Source: Candidatus Kaiserbacteria bacterium (GTDB lineage: Bacteria; Patescibacteriota; Minisyncoccia; Phycocordibacterales; UBA2100). From it: a DNA stretch of 64,000 bases. The notes beneath the pieces are model-generated. The model did no database searches. It was not told the origin of the DNA and saw only the letters and a list, made by a program, of their open reading frames with translations. Below, one piece after another: positions 17,774 to 26,315 of the stretch (within the stretch, counting starts at the first letter, position 1; each line of letters opens with the position of its first letter). The position numbers were made by a program, and so were the translations under genes. Location: positions 730,274 to 794,273 of the forward strand of contig CP066682.1 in assembly GCA_016432285.1 (NCBI GenBank). The letters run 5' to 3'.

Positions 17774-18436
17774 TTAGATTTCCGCCACGAAGTCGGCAGT
17801 CAGGACGAAGCGCGCCGTCTCACCCGTCAGCGTGTCGCACGTAACGAGCGTGAGGCGCCTCCCCTCTTTTGCGAGACTGATCACAGAGGTTGGATCCTCC
17901 ACATCCATGCGCTCCACCGAGACGACGCTGTAGAGATACTCTCGCCCGTCGCCCGAGACGCGGATTGAATCGCCCGCCTCGAGCTCCGAGATGCGGTTGA
18001 AGGCTTTGTACATTTGGTTGCGCACGACGGCGACACGCGAAGAGTGCCCGAAGATGAGCACGTTGCCGCTCTCTCCGAGAAGCGCCGAGTCCACGTAGCG
18101 GATCGGACCCGCTTTGAGGTTGTCGTACAGGACCTCAATGTCGCGGCTCTCGATGTTCTGCACGGGCAGATCAAGGTCGATCTCGGGGATCACGATCCGC
18201 TCCGGCTTCACTCCCGGCACCGGTGCCTCCTTTTGCGCGAGAATCGAAAGCGGCCCGAGCTGCGGCAGCTCCGAGAGCGTTACGCTCGCGCTGGAGCAGG
18301 TGTCGTCGATGTAGCACGGCACGAAGCCGACCGATTCGGCGGCCGAGAGCGACAAAAAGAAAATGACGATCGTCGCCGCGAGGAACGCCGCTTTAGGCGG
18401 CTTCTGAGCCGAGGAATTGCGCGATATTTCGTTCAT
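17774..18436 (-). CDS. srt: Sortase-family transpeptidase
   Basis: N-terminal TM anchor (AAFLAATIVIFFLSLSAA). The catalytic region has ...NVLIFGHSS... and the sortase TLxTC motif (RLTLVTCDT) near the C-terminus. Start M at 18436, or the alternative M at 18442. Confidence 0.75.
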   Translation of the reverse strand: MNEISRNSSAQKPPKAAFLAATIVIFFLSLSAAESVGFVPCYIDDTCSSASVTLSELPQLGPLSILAQKEAPVPGVKPERIVIPEIDLDLPVQNIESRDIEVLYDNLKAGPIRYVDSALLGESGNVLIFGHSSRVAVVRNQMYKAFNRISELEAGDSIRVSGDGREYLYSVVSVERMDVEDPTSVISLAKEGRRLTLVTCDTLTGETARFVLTADFVAEI

Positions 18437-18604
18437 ACACATTGCAATAATACCCCGTGAATGCCCATCTGTCAAGATCTCTTTGTCGGAATCGTCGCCT
18501 CTTTACACACAGGGCCTTGCCCAGAGGACTGTCCTCTGGGGTTTTCCGCTTTGGGGTATTTAAATGGAACCGAGAGGCTTGACAAAGCAAAAATATGTAG
18601 TAGT

Positions 18605-19663
18605 ATGGCGCCACCTATGGCTGATACCAACGGCGAAACTCGCCCCAGCATTTTTGCGAATATCCTTGCGATTGTCGGATTCATCATCCTGATCGTTGTG
18701 GTTATTTGGGGCCTCATCAATCTTGCCTCGATTTCTCGGGGCTGGCTCTCTTCCCTTTTTGGCGGAAGCCGTGGCGCCGCGATCGAAGTGCGGGCTCCCG
18801 CGAGCACGACCTCCGGCACGCCCTTCACCGTCTCGTGGACATACGAGGAGAGCGATGAGGGCACGTACGCACTTTTGTATCAGTGCCAGCCGGGAATTCG
18901 TTTGCAGGTTGCTCCGTCGCAAAACGGCATCCCCTGTGGCGCCGCCTTCAATGTTGGGAGCTCCGAGAAACAAGTTTCCGTGATTCCGATCTTGAGCGGC
19001 CAGAGCACGACGAACCTCCCGATTTCGATCATCTTTTTGCCGACGGCTACCGGCACGCAGGCAGAAGGCTCAGCGACGGTTGCCGTACTTCCCGCTTCCG
19101 GTGCGACCCCAGAGCCCACGACGCCGACCCCGACGCCCTCGTCTCCTGAAACGCCGGCGCTGCCTGTCGGCCCTGCCGACCTTTCCGTTCAGATCCTTTC
19201 GGTGAGCATCGATTCCTCGGGCAACGGCACAGCCACCTTCGACATCGGTAACGTGGGACTTTCGGGATCCGGTACCTACTACTTCACGGCGCAGCTCCCG
19301 ACTCAGAGCGGCTACACCTACTCTTCGCCCGCGCAAAGCTCGCTCTCCCCCGGCTCGCACGTCGTGAACACGCTTCGCTTCAGTGCAGGCACGGGTGGAG
19401 TCTTCAGCGTGACCGTCGATCCTTCGAATGCGGTCCAGGAGTCCAACGAGGGCAACAACTTCGCCTCGCAAAATGCGAGTGCGCAGTACTACAACTACAA
19501 CAACTCCTACAACTACAATTACTCGCAGACCGCGGGCTACCCGTACACGTATAATCAGTATCAGTACTCGTATCAGGACTACAACGCGTACAACCAGTAT
19601 CCGTACAACTACAATTACAACTATCAATACCCGTACCAAACCTCCTACCCGTACGCATACTAG
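18605..19663 (+). CDS. Membrane-anchored cell-surface protein with CARDB-like beta-sandwich and a Tyr/Asn-rich tail
   Basis: ATG at 18605. N-terminal TM (IFANILAIVGFIILIVVVIWGLI). A Pro/Thr linker (PEPTTPTPTPSSPETPALP). A domain ending ...SVTVDPSNAVQESNEGNNFAS, an E-x-NE-x-NN motif typical of CARDB. The C-terminus is YYNYNNSYNYNYSQTAGYPYTYNQYQYSYQDYNAYNQYPYNYNYNYQYPYQTSYPYAY. Confidence 0.6.
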   Translation: MAPPMADTNGETRPSIFANILAIVGFIILIVVVIWGLINLASISRGWLSSLFGGSRGAAIEVRAPASTTSGTPFTVSWTYEESDEGTYALLYQCQPGIRLQVAPSQNGIPCGAAFNVGSSEKQVSVIPILSGQSTTNLPISIIFLPTATGTQAEGSATVAVLPASGATPEPTTPTPTPSSPETPALPVGPADLSVQILSVSIDSSGNGTATFDIGNVGLSGSGTYYFTAQLPTQSGYTYSSPAQSSLSPGSHVVNTLRFSAGTGGVFSVTVDPSNAVQESNEGNNFASQNASAQYYNYNNSYNYNYSQTAGYPYTYNQYQYSYQDYNAYNQYPYNYNYNYQYPYQTSYPYAY

Positions 19664-19763
19664 GACTCACGAGCCTCATCATAAAGGCGCCGCACGGCGC
19701 CTTTTTGATTTGTCGCCTGCGTGCAATAGTGCTCACATCCCATGAGCTCACAGGAGGATAGTC

Positions 19764-20435
19764 ATGGTTGGTCTTTCACTTTCTCTGCCCTGGCGCAGAA
19801 AGGCGCGCGCGCAAGCAGTACCGAGCGCGCTCGAGGCTGCCACAAGTTGTCTGGAACAAAATTGGGATGCGGCTGCTCTCAACCGGTACTACCAGACCCA
19901 ACCATCGAAAGGTGAGCGGGCAGATGCCGCGTGGCGTTTTCTGTTCAACTGGCCGAAGCATCCGATTTTCCTTGTCGATCACGAACCGTATACCGTACCC
20001 GTGTTCGCCGACATGGCACAGGCGGCGGCGCACGTTCGCTCACTTCTTCCGGCGAATGTCTTCGACGACGGTTTTCTCCAGAACATCGGCGTCTGGTACT
20101 ACCAGACGAGAAACCGACCACTGCCACTTAGTTGGTGCGGTGCGACCGGCAAGTGCATCACGCGGATGGCCGCAGTCGAGCAAACCTTCCGCGACCTCGT
20201 GAGCAACGAGGCCGTCGAGGTGGCGATTGCATTCTTCCGGCATGTACTGGTCAATTCCGGGGATGCCATTAGCGACACCGAGTGGATGCACGCGCTCGCC
20301 TACATGAAGCGTATGGCGGAAGTGAGGCGGGCGAAGAAGCACCTGATTCGCGAAGAGCTGCTGCAAATCCGGAATGCCGCGATTCCGCACAGATACGGGC
20401 TTGCGCTCGTGATTCAGCGGGAGATGTCGCGCTAA
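19764..20435 (+). CDS. Hypothetical protein (223 aa)
   Basis: AGGAGGA RBS 5 nt upstream of the ATG at 19764. Followed by a terminator at 20463-20493. No recognisable domain. Confidence 0.45.
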   Translation: MVGLSLSLPWRRKARAQAVPSALEAATSCLEQNWDAAALNRYYQTQPSKGERADAAWRFLFNWPKHPIFLVDHEPYTVPVFADMAQAAAHVRSLLPANVFDDGFLQNIGVWYYQTRNRPLPLSWCGATGKCITRMAAVEQTFRDLVSNEAVEVAIAFFRHVLVNSGDAISDTEWMHALAYMKRMAEVRRAKKHLIREELLQIRNAAIPHRYGLALVIQREMSR

Positions 20436-20462
20436 GCGCTTCTGATGCTTTCGAGAACTAAA

Positions 20463-20493
20463 GCGGCTCCGGGATGCGGGGCCGTTTTCTTTT
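20463..20493 (+). terminator. Rho-independent terminator overlapping the gyrB 3' end
   Basis: Stem cggctccg/cggggccg (one G-U wobble), loop ggatg, then ttttcttttat. The gyrB stop codon lies within the T-tract. Confidence 0.6.
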
Positions 20494-22552
20494 ATATATC
20501 GAGTGTTGCTTCCTTCGCGTGGGATTGGATGAATGACTTGCGCGCCGGCACATCGGTGCCCATGAGCATGTCGAAAATCTGGTCGGCCTCCTGCGCGTCC
20601 TCTATCGCTACCTGCTTCAGGATGCGGCGCGCCGGATCCATGGTCGTCTCCCACAACTCCTCCGCGTTCATCTCGCCGAGACCCTTGTAGCGCTGTACTG
20701 ATACCTTTGGAGTTTTCTTCGCCTTCGTTTCCTCCTCGGGCTCTTCCGTTTCTTCTGCCTCTGCCGGAGCTTCCGATTCGATCGGGAGGTCGGCACCCAC
20801 GAGTTTGATCCGCTCCTCGTCGGAATACGCATAGAAAATCTCCTTGCCCTTGCGCACCTTAAAGAGCGGCGGCTGCGCGATGTAGAGGTAGCCGCCGTCG
20901 ATCACGGGGCGGAAGTGGCGGTAGAGGAGCGTCAGGAGGAGCGTGCGGATGTGCGCGCCGTCCACGTCGGCATCCGTGGCGATGATGACTTTGTGGTAGC
21001 GCAGCTTTGTGATGTCGAAGATGTCGCCGATCGCGGTCCCGAGCGCGACCACGAGATTCTTGATCTGCTCCGAGGAGAGCATCTTATCGAGACGCGCTCG
21101 CTCGATGTTGAGAATCTTGCCGCGAAGCGGCAAGATCGCCTGCGTGCGCCGGTCGCGCCCCATCTTGGCGGTGCCGCCGGCCGAATCCCCTTCCACGATG
21201 AAGAGCTCGGATTCCTCGGCACTCTTCGTCTGGCAGTCGGCGAGCTTTCCCGGGAGCGTGAGGCCGTCGAGCGCGCCTTTGCGGAGGATCGAGTCCTTCG
21301 CCGCTTTCGCCGCTTTGCGTGCCTTCATCGCAAGTGCGACCTTGCCGACGATCGCTCTCGCGTCATCGGGATGCTCTTCGAGGAAGGCCTGGAATGCCTC
21401 ACCGAAGACAGCCTCGGTAGCTCCGCGCGCCTCGACGCTGCCGAGCTTGCCCTTGGTCTGACCCTCAAACTGCACCTCGCGCATTTTCACCGAGATCACG
21501 GCCGTGAGACCCTCGAGCACATCGTCGCCGGTGAAGCTGTCGCTTTCCTTGCCGCCGTTTTTGTTGACCGTGTTGAGCGTGCGGGTAAGTGCCGTTTTGA
21601 AACCGGTAACGTGCATGCCGCCTTCGGCGTTGTAGATATTGTTGGCGAAAGCCATGAGGCGCGCCGATACGTCGTCCACGTACTGGAGCGCGACTTCCAC
21701 ACTCACGCCGTCCTGCTCCTTTTCCACGTAGAAAATATTTTTGTGCATCGGCTCCTGGTGGCGGTTCTGGAACGCGACGAGGCTTCGGAGGCCTCCCTCG
21801 AAGTAGAAGGTCATCGACGGAGCGTCGAGGCCGAGCTCGCGGAGGTAAAAGACGTCTTCGTCGTTGACCTTTCCTGAATTACGCAGATCGATTACTGAAA
21901 TGCGGAGCCCCTTCACGAGATAGGCCTGCTGCCGCATGTGCGCCACGATCGTATCCCAGTTGAACTCGCGCTCGGGGAAGATCGAAGCGTCGGGCTCGAA
22001 GGTGATGATGGTGCCGTGCAGCTTCGAGGCGCCGACCTTTTTCGTTTTGCCGATCGGCTTGCCGCCATTTTTATATTCCTGCACATGCTCGCCGCCGTCT
22101 CGGTGCACCTGCGCACGGACGTTGGTCGAGAGCGCGTTGACGACCGAGACACCGACGCCGTGGAGTCCTCCCGATACTTTATATCCATCACCGCCGAACT
22201 TCCCTCCTGCGTGGAGAATCGTCATCACTGTCTCGAGGGCGGAGACTTTTGTCTTGGGGTGAATGTCGACCGGAATGCCGCGGCCGTTGTCGGCGACCCG
22301 CACGCGATTTTCCGGGAGCAGCACGACCTCGATGTCGTTGGCAAAACCGCCCATCGCCTCGTCGCGCGAGTTGTCGAAGACTTCCCAAATGAGGTGGTGC
22401 AGTCCGGCTGCGCCGGTCGTGCCGATGTACATGCCAGGGCGGCGGCGCACGGCCTCGAGCCCCTCGAGCACCGTGATGTCGCTCGCGCCGTACGAAGAAC
22501 CGCCCTTTTTCGGGGCGATTTCTTTGGCCTTTTTGACGTTATTTTTAGCCAT
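20492..22552 (-). CDS. gyrB: DNA gyrase subunit B
   Basis: GHKL ATPase N-terminus (...LEGLEAVRRRPGMYIGTTGAAGLHHLIWEVFDNSRDEA...), the transducer domain, the TOPRIM region (ELFIVEGDSAGG) and the C-terminal tail EATLDI. 686 aa. Confidence 0.9.
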   Translation of the reverse strand: MAKNNVKKAKEIAPKKGGSSYGASDITVLEGLEAVRRRPGMYIGTTGAAGLHHLIWEVFDNSRDEAMGGFANDIEVVLLPENRVRVADNGRGIPVDIHPKTKVSALETVMTILHAGGKFGGDGYKVSGGLHGVGVSVVNALSTNVRAQVHRDGGEHVQEYKNGGKPIGKTKKVGASKLHGTIITFEPDASIFPEREFNWDTIVAHMRQQAYLVKGLRISVIDLRNSGKVNDEDVFYLRELGLDAPSMTFYFEGGLRSLVAFQNRHQEPMHKNIFYVEKEQDGVSVEVALQYVDDVSARLMAFANNIYNAEGGMHVTGFKTALTRTLNTVNKNGGKESDSFTGDDVLEGLTAVISVKMREVQFEGQTKGKLGSVEARGATEAVFGEAFQAFLEEHPDDARAIVGKVALAMKARKAAKAAKDSILRKGALDGLTLPGKLADCQTKSAEESELFIVEGDSAGGTAKMGRDRRTQAILPLRGKILNIERARLDKMLSSEQIKNLVVALGTAIGDIFDITKLRYHKVIIATDADVDGAHIRTLLLTLLYRHFRPVIDGGYLYIAQPPLFKVRKGKEIFYAYSDEERIKLVGADLPIESEAPAEAEETEEPEEETKAKKTPKVSVQRYKGLGEMNAEELWETTMDPARRILKQVAIEDAQEADQIFDMLMGTDVPARKSFIQSHAKEATLDI

Positions 22553-22627
22553 TGTTTGAGTTTTAAGTATAGCAGATTTTGGGGCAAGATGCTACCGTGG
22601 AGTGGGGCAATTTGCAGGGAGCAGACG

Positions 22628-23047
22628 ATGAAAATGATCTTTGGCGGGCTACTGCTTGCGGCTCTTTCGGCGACACCCTCGAATGCGACTGTCGTGATAA
22701 CCAACGATCCGGGAGGCCGTATCGAGGACTATGTCAAACGTCTTTCGTCGCTTCGCGCACAGGGCGAAGAGTTCATCATCGACGGACCGTGCATCTCGGC
22801 GTGCACGCTCATCGTCGCGATAATCCCGCTCAAACGCGTCTGCGCAACCGGACGCTCAACGCTTGGTTTTCATGCAGCATGGAATCCAGGATGGTTCGGC
22901 CAGCAAGTGCCGAATGCGGAAGCGACGCGCGCGTTGATGAAGCGTTACCCGCGGCACGTTCGGAGAGTCATCGCAAAGAACGGCGGCCTCACGTCAAAGA
23001 TGTTCTTCGTGAGCGCGGCCGAGGTCGGCATCAGCCAATGCCGGTAG
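22628..23047 (+). CDS. Small secreted hypothetical protein (139 aa)
   Basis: ATG at 22628 with a GGGAG RBS. Signal peptide MKMIFGGLLLAALSATPSNA. Followed by a perfect terminator. Confidence 0.5.
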   Translation: MKMIFGGLLLAALSATPSNATVVITNDPGGRIEDYVKRLSSLRAQGEEFIIDGPCISACTLIVAIIPLKRVCATGRSTLGFHAAWNPGWFGQQVPNAEATRALMKRYPRHVRRVIAKNGGLTSKMFFVSAAEVGISQCR

Positions 23048-23058
23048 CGAACAATGCA

Positions 23059-23094
23059 ATTCGCGGGAGCAAACCTCCCGCGAATCTGTTTTCG
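23059..23094 (+). terminator. Rho-independent terminator
   Basis: Perfect 11-bp stem attcgcgggag/ctcccgcgaat with loop caaac, then ctgttttcg. Confidence 0.7.
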
Positions 23095-23162
23095 CAACCT
23101 AACCTCACTCGACGTACACGACCTCGGTAAAGTACGAGCGGATAACGACCCGCTTGTAGAAC

Positions 23163-24974
23163 CTATCGGATCTCGAAGCCCTTTGCGGCGAGCTCCTTCT
23201 GTACCCGATCCATCACGGCGTTGGCCTCCTCGTCGGTGAGTGTCTTTTCGAACGATTGGAGCACGAGCCGGAAGGCGTACGATACCCGCCCTTCTTTTTT
23301 GAACTGGTCGAAGAGCTCGACATGCCGCAGGAGCCCTTGTGAATGTGCCGCGAACAGGCTGATGACCTCGGTAAAGGAGTTGGAAGTGTCGGGTACCCAC
23401 ATCGAAATATCGCGCACGATGAAGGGATACTTCGAGAACGGCTGATAGCGCTCAGTCTGAGAGATCGGCAGGTCGTCGTACCGCTCTGCCGCCATCGCTT
23501 GAAGGAGTGCTTCTTTCATGCCGGATGAGTCTGCGCTGCCTACCATCGTGAGCTCTTTGCCCCCCTTCCAGACCGTACCGATCTCGAAGAGCTTCACTTC
23601 CTTGAGACCGAGGAGATCGCGACTGCGCGCATTGCGCTCAAGGGCCTCCCGGAGACCGTCCACGAGCGTGGTCCGCAGGTACGGCCGCTCGCCGCCTACC
23701 TTGTTGAGGACCGCGCGCTCGCCCTTTTCGGCAAAGACCGACGTGTACACCTCAGAATAGCCCTTCGATACAAAATCTTCCCGCACGCGCTCTGCCGCAT
23801 AAAAGTGCGCATTGATTTCGGGCTTTTTTGAAAACGGCGGCAGCGGCGTAGCAGGCACCTTCTCGTACCCCACGATGCGGCCGACCTCTTCGATCAAGTC
23901 CTCTGGTCCGCCGGCTGGCGGATTCAGATCGAGTCGTTGGAACGGCACGTCGATGGCGTATTCCCCATTTTTGTTCCGATACGTGAGGGCGAGCTTGCGG
24001 AACACACTTTCCACCTCCGATGCATCGAGATTCGTGCCGAGCACCTTGTTGATTTTCTCGAGCGAGACGGAGACCGTCTTTCTTTCTTGCGGCGCCGGAT
24101 ATTCGTCGACGAAACCGTGCAGCTCACCGCCGGCGATTGCGGCGACGAGATCTACCGTTTGTCGGAGTCCGTACGCACAGAGCTCGGGAGAAATGATCTG
24201 CTGGAAACGATCCGACGCGTCCGTGCGCAGCTTCAGCGCCTGGGACGTTTTGCGGATCATGGGGCCGTCCCAATTCGCCGCCTCCAGAATCACGTCGACG
24301 GTGGTCTCGTCGATACCGGTTGGCTTGCCACCCTTTATGCCGGCGATGCTGACTGCTTCCTTGGTGTGCCCGTCGGCGATCAGTAGCGTCGAGGGAGTGA
24401 GCGCGTATTGCTTATCGTCGAGGCCGAGCATCTTTTCTCCCGATTTCGCGCTCCTGACATGGAGAAAGTAGCCGTCTTTCTGCGTGAGTCTCCGGGCATC
24501 GAACGCATGCAGCGGTTGGCCCGTGTTGAACATGACGAGATTGGTCGCATCGACGACGTTGTTGATGGTTTTTTGCCCGACCGCATGGAGCGCTTCCACG
24601 AGCCACTCTGGCGATGGGCCTACTGTAATGCCCGTTATGTACGCCGCGGTAAAGCGCTTGCAGAGATTTGTGTCGTCAATCAAGACTTTCACCGCATCAG
24701 TCTTTTGTGAGAGATCCGGCAATTTCGCGAGCGGATCGCGCTCCGCGTTGAGCGGTATCTCCAAAATCGCCGAAAGCTCCGCTGCGATGCCACGGTGCGA
24801 CAGGCAATCATGTCCGCGATTGGGCGTTACTTTTACATCAAGCACATCGTCGCTGCCGACTTTCTCGACACTCTCGATTTCAAACGCGTGAAAAGTAAGC
24901 GCGTCCGCCAATTGTTCCGCGCTCGGAAGCGGTGCCTCAAAATAATTCTGGAGCCAATTTCTGGAGATTTTCAT
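23163..24974 (-). CDS. pheT: Phenylalanyl-tRNA synthetase beta subunit (603 aa, lacks the N-terminal tRNA-binding domain)
   Basis: PheT B3/B4 and B5 regions, a class II-like catalytic-like domain, and the C-terminal FDX-ACB anticodon-binding domain (...HVELFDQFKKEGRVSYAFRLVLQSFEKTLTDEEANAVMDRV...). It overlaps the upstream ORF by ATGA. Confidence 0.85.
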   Translation of the reverse strand: MKISRNWLQNYFEAPLPSAEQLADALTFHAFEIESVEKVGSDDVLDVKVTPNRGHDCLSHRGIAAELSAILEIPLNAERDPLAKLPDLSQKTDAVKVLIDDTNLCKRFTAAYITGITVGPSPEWLVEALHAVGQKTINNVVDATNLVMFNTGQPLHAFDARRLTQKDGYFLHVRSAKSGEKMLGLDDKQYALTPSTLLIADGHTKEAVSIAGIKGGKPTGIDETTVDVILEAANWDGPMIRKTSQALKLRTDASDRFQQIISPELCAYGLRQTVDLVAAIAGGELHGFVDEYPAPQERKTVSVSLEKINKVLGTNLDASEVESVFRKLALTYRNKNGEYAIDVPFQRLDLNPPAGGPEDLIEEVGRIVGYEKVPATPLPPFSKKPEINAHFYAAERVREDFVSKGYSEVYTSVFAEKGERAVLNKVGGERPYLRTTLVDGLREALERNARSRDLLGLKEVKLFEIGTVWKGGKELTMVGSADSSGMKEALLQAMAAERYDDLPISQTERYQPFSKYPFIVRDISMWVPDTSNSFTEVISLFAAHSQGLLRHVELFDQFKKEGRVSYAFRLVLQSFEKTLTDEEANAVMDRVQKELAAKGFEIR

Positions 24975-25480
24975 AGAAGAGAATATCGTTTTTTACCCTC
25001 TGGTAAGACGATTTCTTGGGCCACCCCTTCACTCACTAAGTGTTCCCAAAATTTATCTCCATCCGGACTCCTCACTTGGCTTGACTGGACTCCTTTCCCG
25101 AGACGCTCCCTACATATCTGATCAATCAGTTGGATTCGGCGCTTCGCCAAGCCGGTCTTTCTGAGACCCGATTCTGTTCTTGTGCTCAAAATAGTGGGGG
25201 TCCCCTCCGTATCAAGAGTGAAAGAAGTCGTGCCAACTATATCTTCACCCACGATATCGAGAACTTTCCCGAACGTATTATTTGGCTGTTCTCCGACCAA
25301 GAGTGAGGCGAAGGTTCTGCTTCCATCAGTGTTCCGAACTACATATCTCTCAGATCCGGTTAAAAACTCACCTGCAACAGCGAATGGAAATTTTTCCGAA
25401 CCTCGATCGTTGTCGTCAATCGGTTCTAAGCAAAAACTAACCCTTACTCGCTCTGATGTTTTTTTAAGCCCTTCACTCAT
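24971..25480 (-). CDS. Orphan hypothetical protein inserted between pheS and pheT; markedly lower GC than its surroundings
   Basis: A 169-aa ORF that exactly fills the pheS-pheT gap. Its stop is 2 nt from the pheS stop, and its ATGA overlaps the pheT start. Local GC is about 47-50% by eye, against about 60% in the flanking pheS and pheT. No domain recognised. Confidence 0.45.
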   Translation of the reverse strand: MSEGLKKTSERVRVSFCLEPIDDNDRGSEKFPFAVAGEFLTGSERYVVRNTDGSRTFASLLVGEQPNNTFGKVLDIVGEDIVGTTSFTLDTEGTPTILSTRTESGLRKTGLAKRRIQLIDQICRERLGKGVQSSQVRSPDGDKFWEHLVSEGVAQEIVLPEGKKRYSLL

Positions 25481-25482
25481 AC

Positions 25483-26229
25483 CTAAAATTGATTAACGAA
25501 CCGGAGGTCGCCAGAGTGCATGAGACGCACATCATCGATGCCCCACTTCAGCATCGCGAGGCGATCGAGCCCCATGCCAAAAGCGAACCCCTGATACTTC
25601 GCGGAATCGACGCCAGCGTTCTCCAACACGCTAGGATGTACCATACCCGCTCCCATCATCTCGATCCACTTGTCGCGCAATTTCTCTGGAACACTTTCTC
25701 CAACGAGGCGCGCGTCGACTTCGACCCCCGGCTCTACAAACGGGAAAAAGCTGGGGCGAAATCGCACCTCAACTTTCGCGCCCTTAAAGATGTGCGAATA
25801 GAAGTTCTCAAGCGTCCCCTTGAGGTTCGCGAGCGAATATCCCTCGCCGATCGCGAGCCCTTCGAGTTGCCAGAATTCCGCCTCATGGGTCATATCGGTC
25901 GCTTCATTGCGGAAGGCACGCCCCGGGACGATGACACGGTACGGCGGCGGGTTTCCCTTCTTGATCTCTCGTTCCATGTATCGGATCTGGACGGGCGAGG
26001 TGTGGGTACGAAGCACGAACCCTTCCTCGCCTTGTATGAAAAACGTGTCCTGCATGTCGCGCGCCGGATGATCCTTCGGCACATTGAGGGAGTCAAAGTT
26101 GTACCATTCGCTCTCGATCAGCGGCCCCTCAGCAAGGGTAAAACCCATATCAAAAAAGATCCGGTTTGCTTCCCGGATCAGACTTGAGATCGGGTGTACG
26201 TGACCTCGCGGCGTGTCCGTCATCTTCAC
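25483..26229 (-). CDS. pheS: Phenylalanyl-tRNA synthetase alpha subunit (short, 248 aa)
   Basis: Class II motifs: FDSLNVPKDHPARDMQDTFF (motif 1 region), RTHTSPVQIRYM, and GAGMVHPSVLENAGVD...GFAFGMGLDRLAML (motif 3). Confidence 0.9.
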   Translation of the reverse strand: MKMTDTPRGHVHPISSLIREANRIFFDMGFTLAEGPLIESEWYNFDSLNVPKDHPARDMQDTFFIQGEEGFVLRTHTSPVQIRYMEREIKKGNPPPYRVIVPGRAFRNEATDMTHEAEFWQLEGLAIGEGYSLANLKGTLENFYSHIFKGAKVEVRFRPSFFPFVEPGVEVDARLVGESVPEKLRDKWIEMMGAGMVHPSVLENAGVDSAKYQGFAFGMGLDRLAMLKWGIDDVRLMHSGDLRFVNQF

Positions 26230-26315
26230 AGTATACCCATAGTGCCGATGCTTTTCTATTGAAACGCGTCGCTAGAAGAGGGCGTGTCCTTCTGGTATAC
26301 TTTTCCGCTACTACA

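Noticed and set aside
20915-23047. + ORFs of 320 and 369 aa across gyrB
   Set aside because: The N-terminal parts are antisense to gyrB. Only the last 139 codons, from the ATG at 22628 with an RBS and a signal peptide, look genuine.
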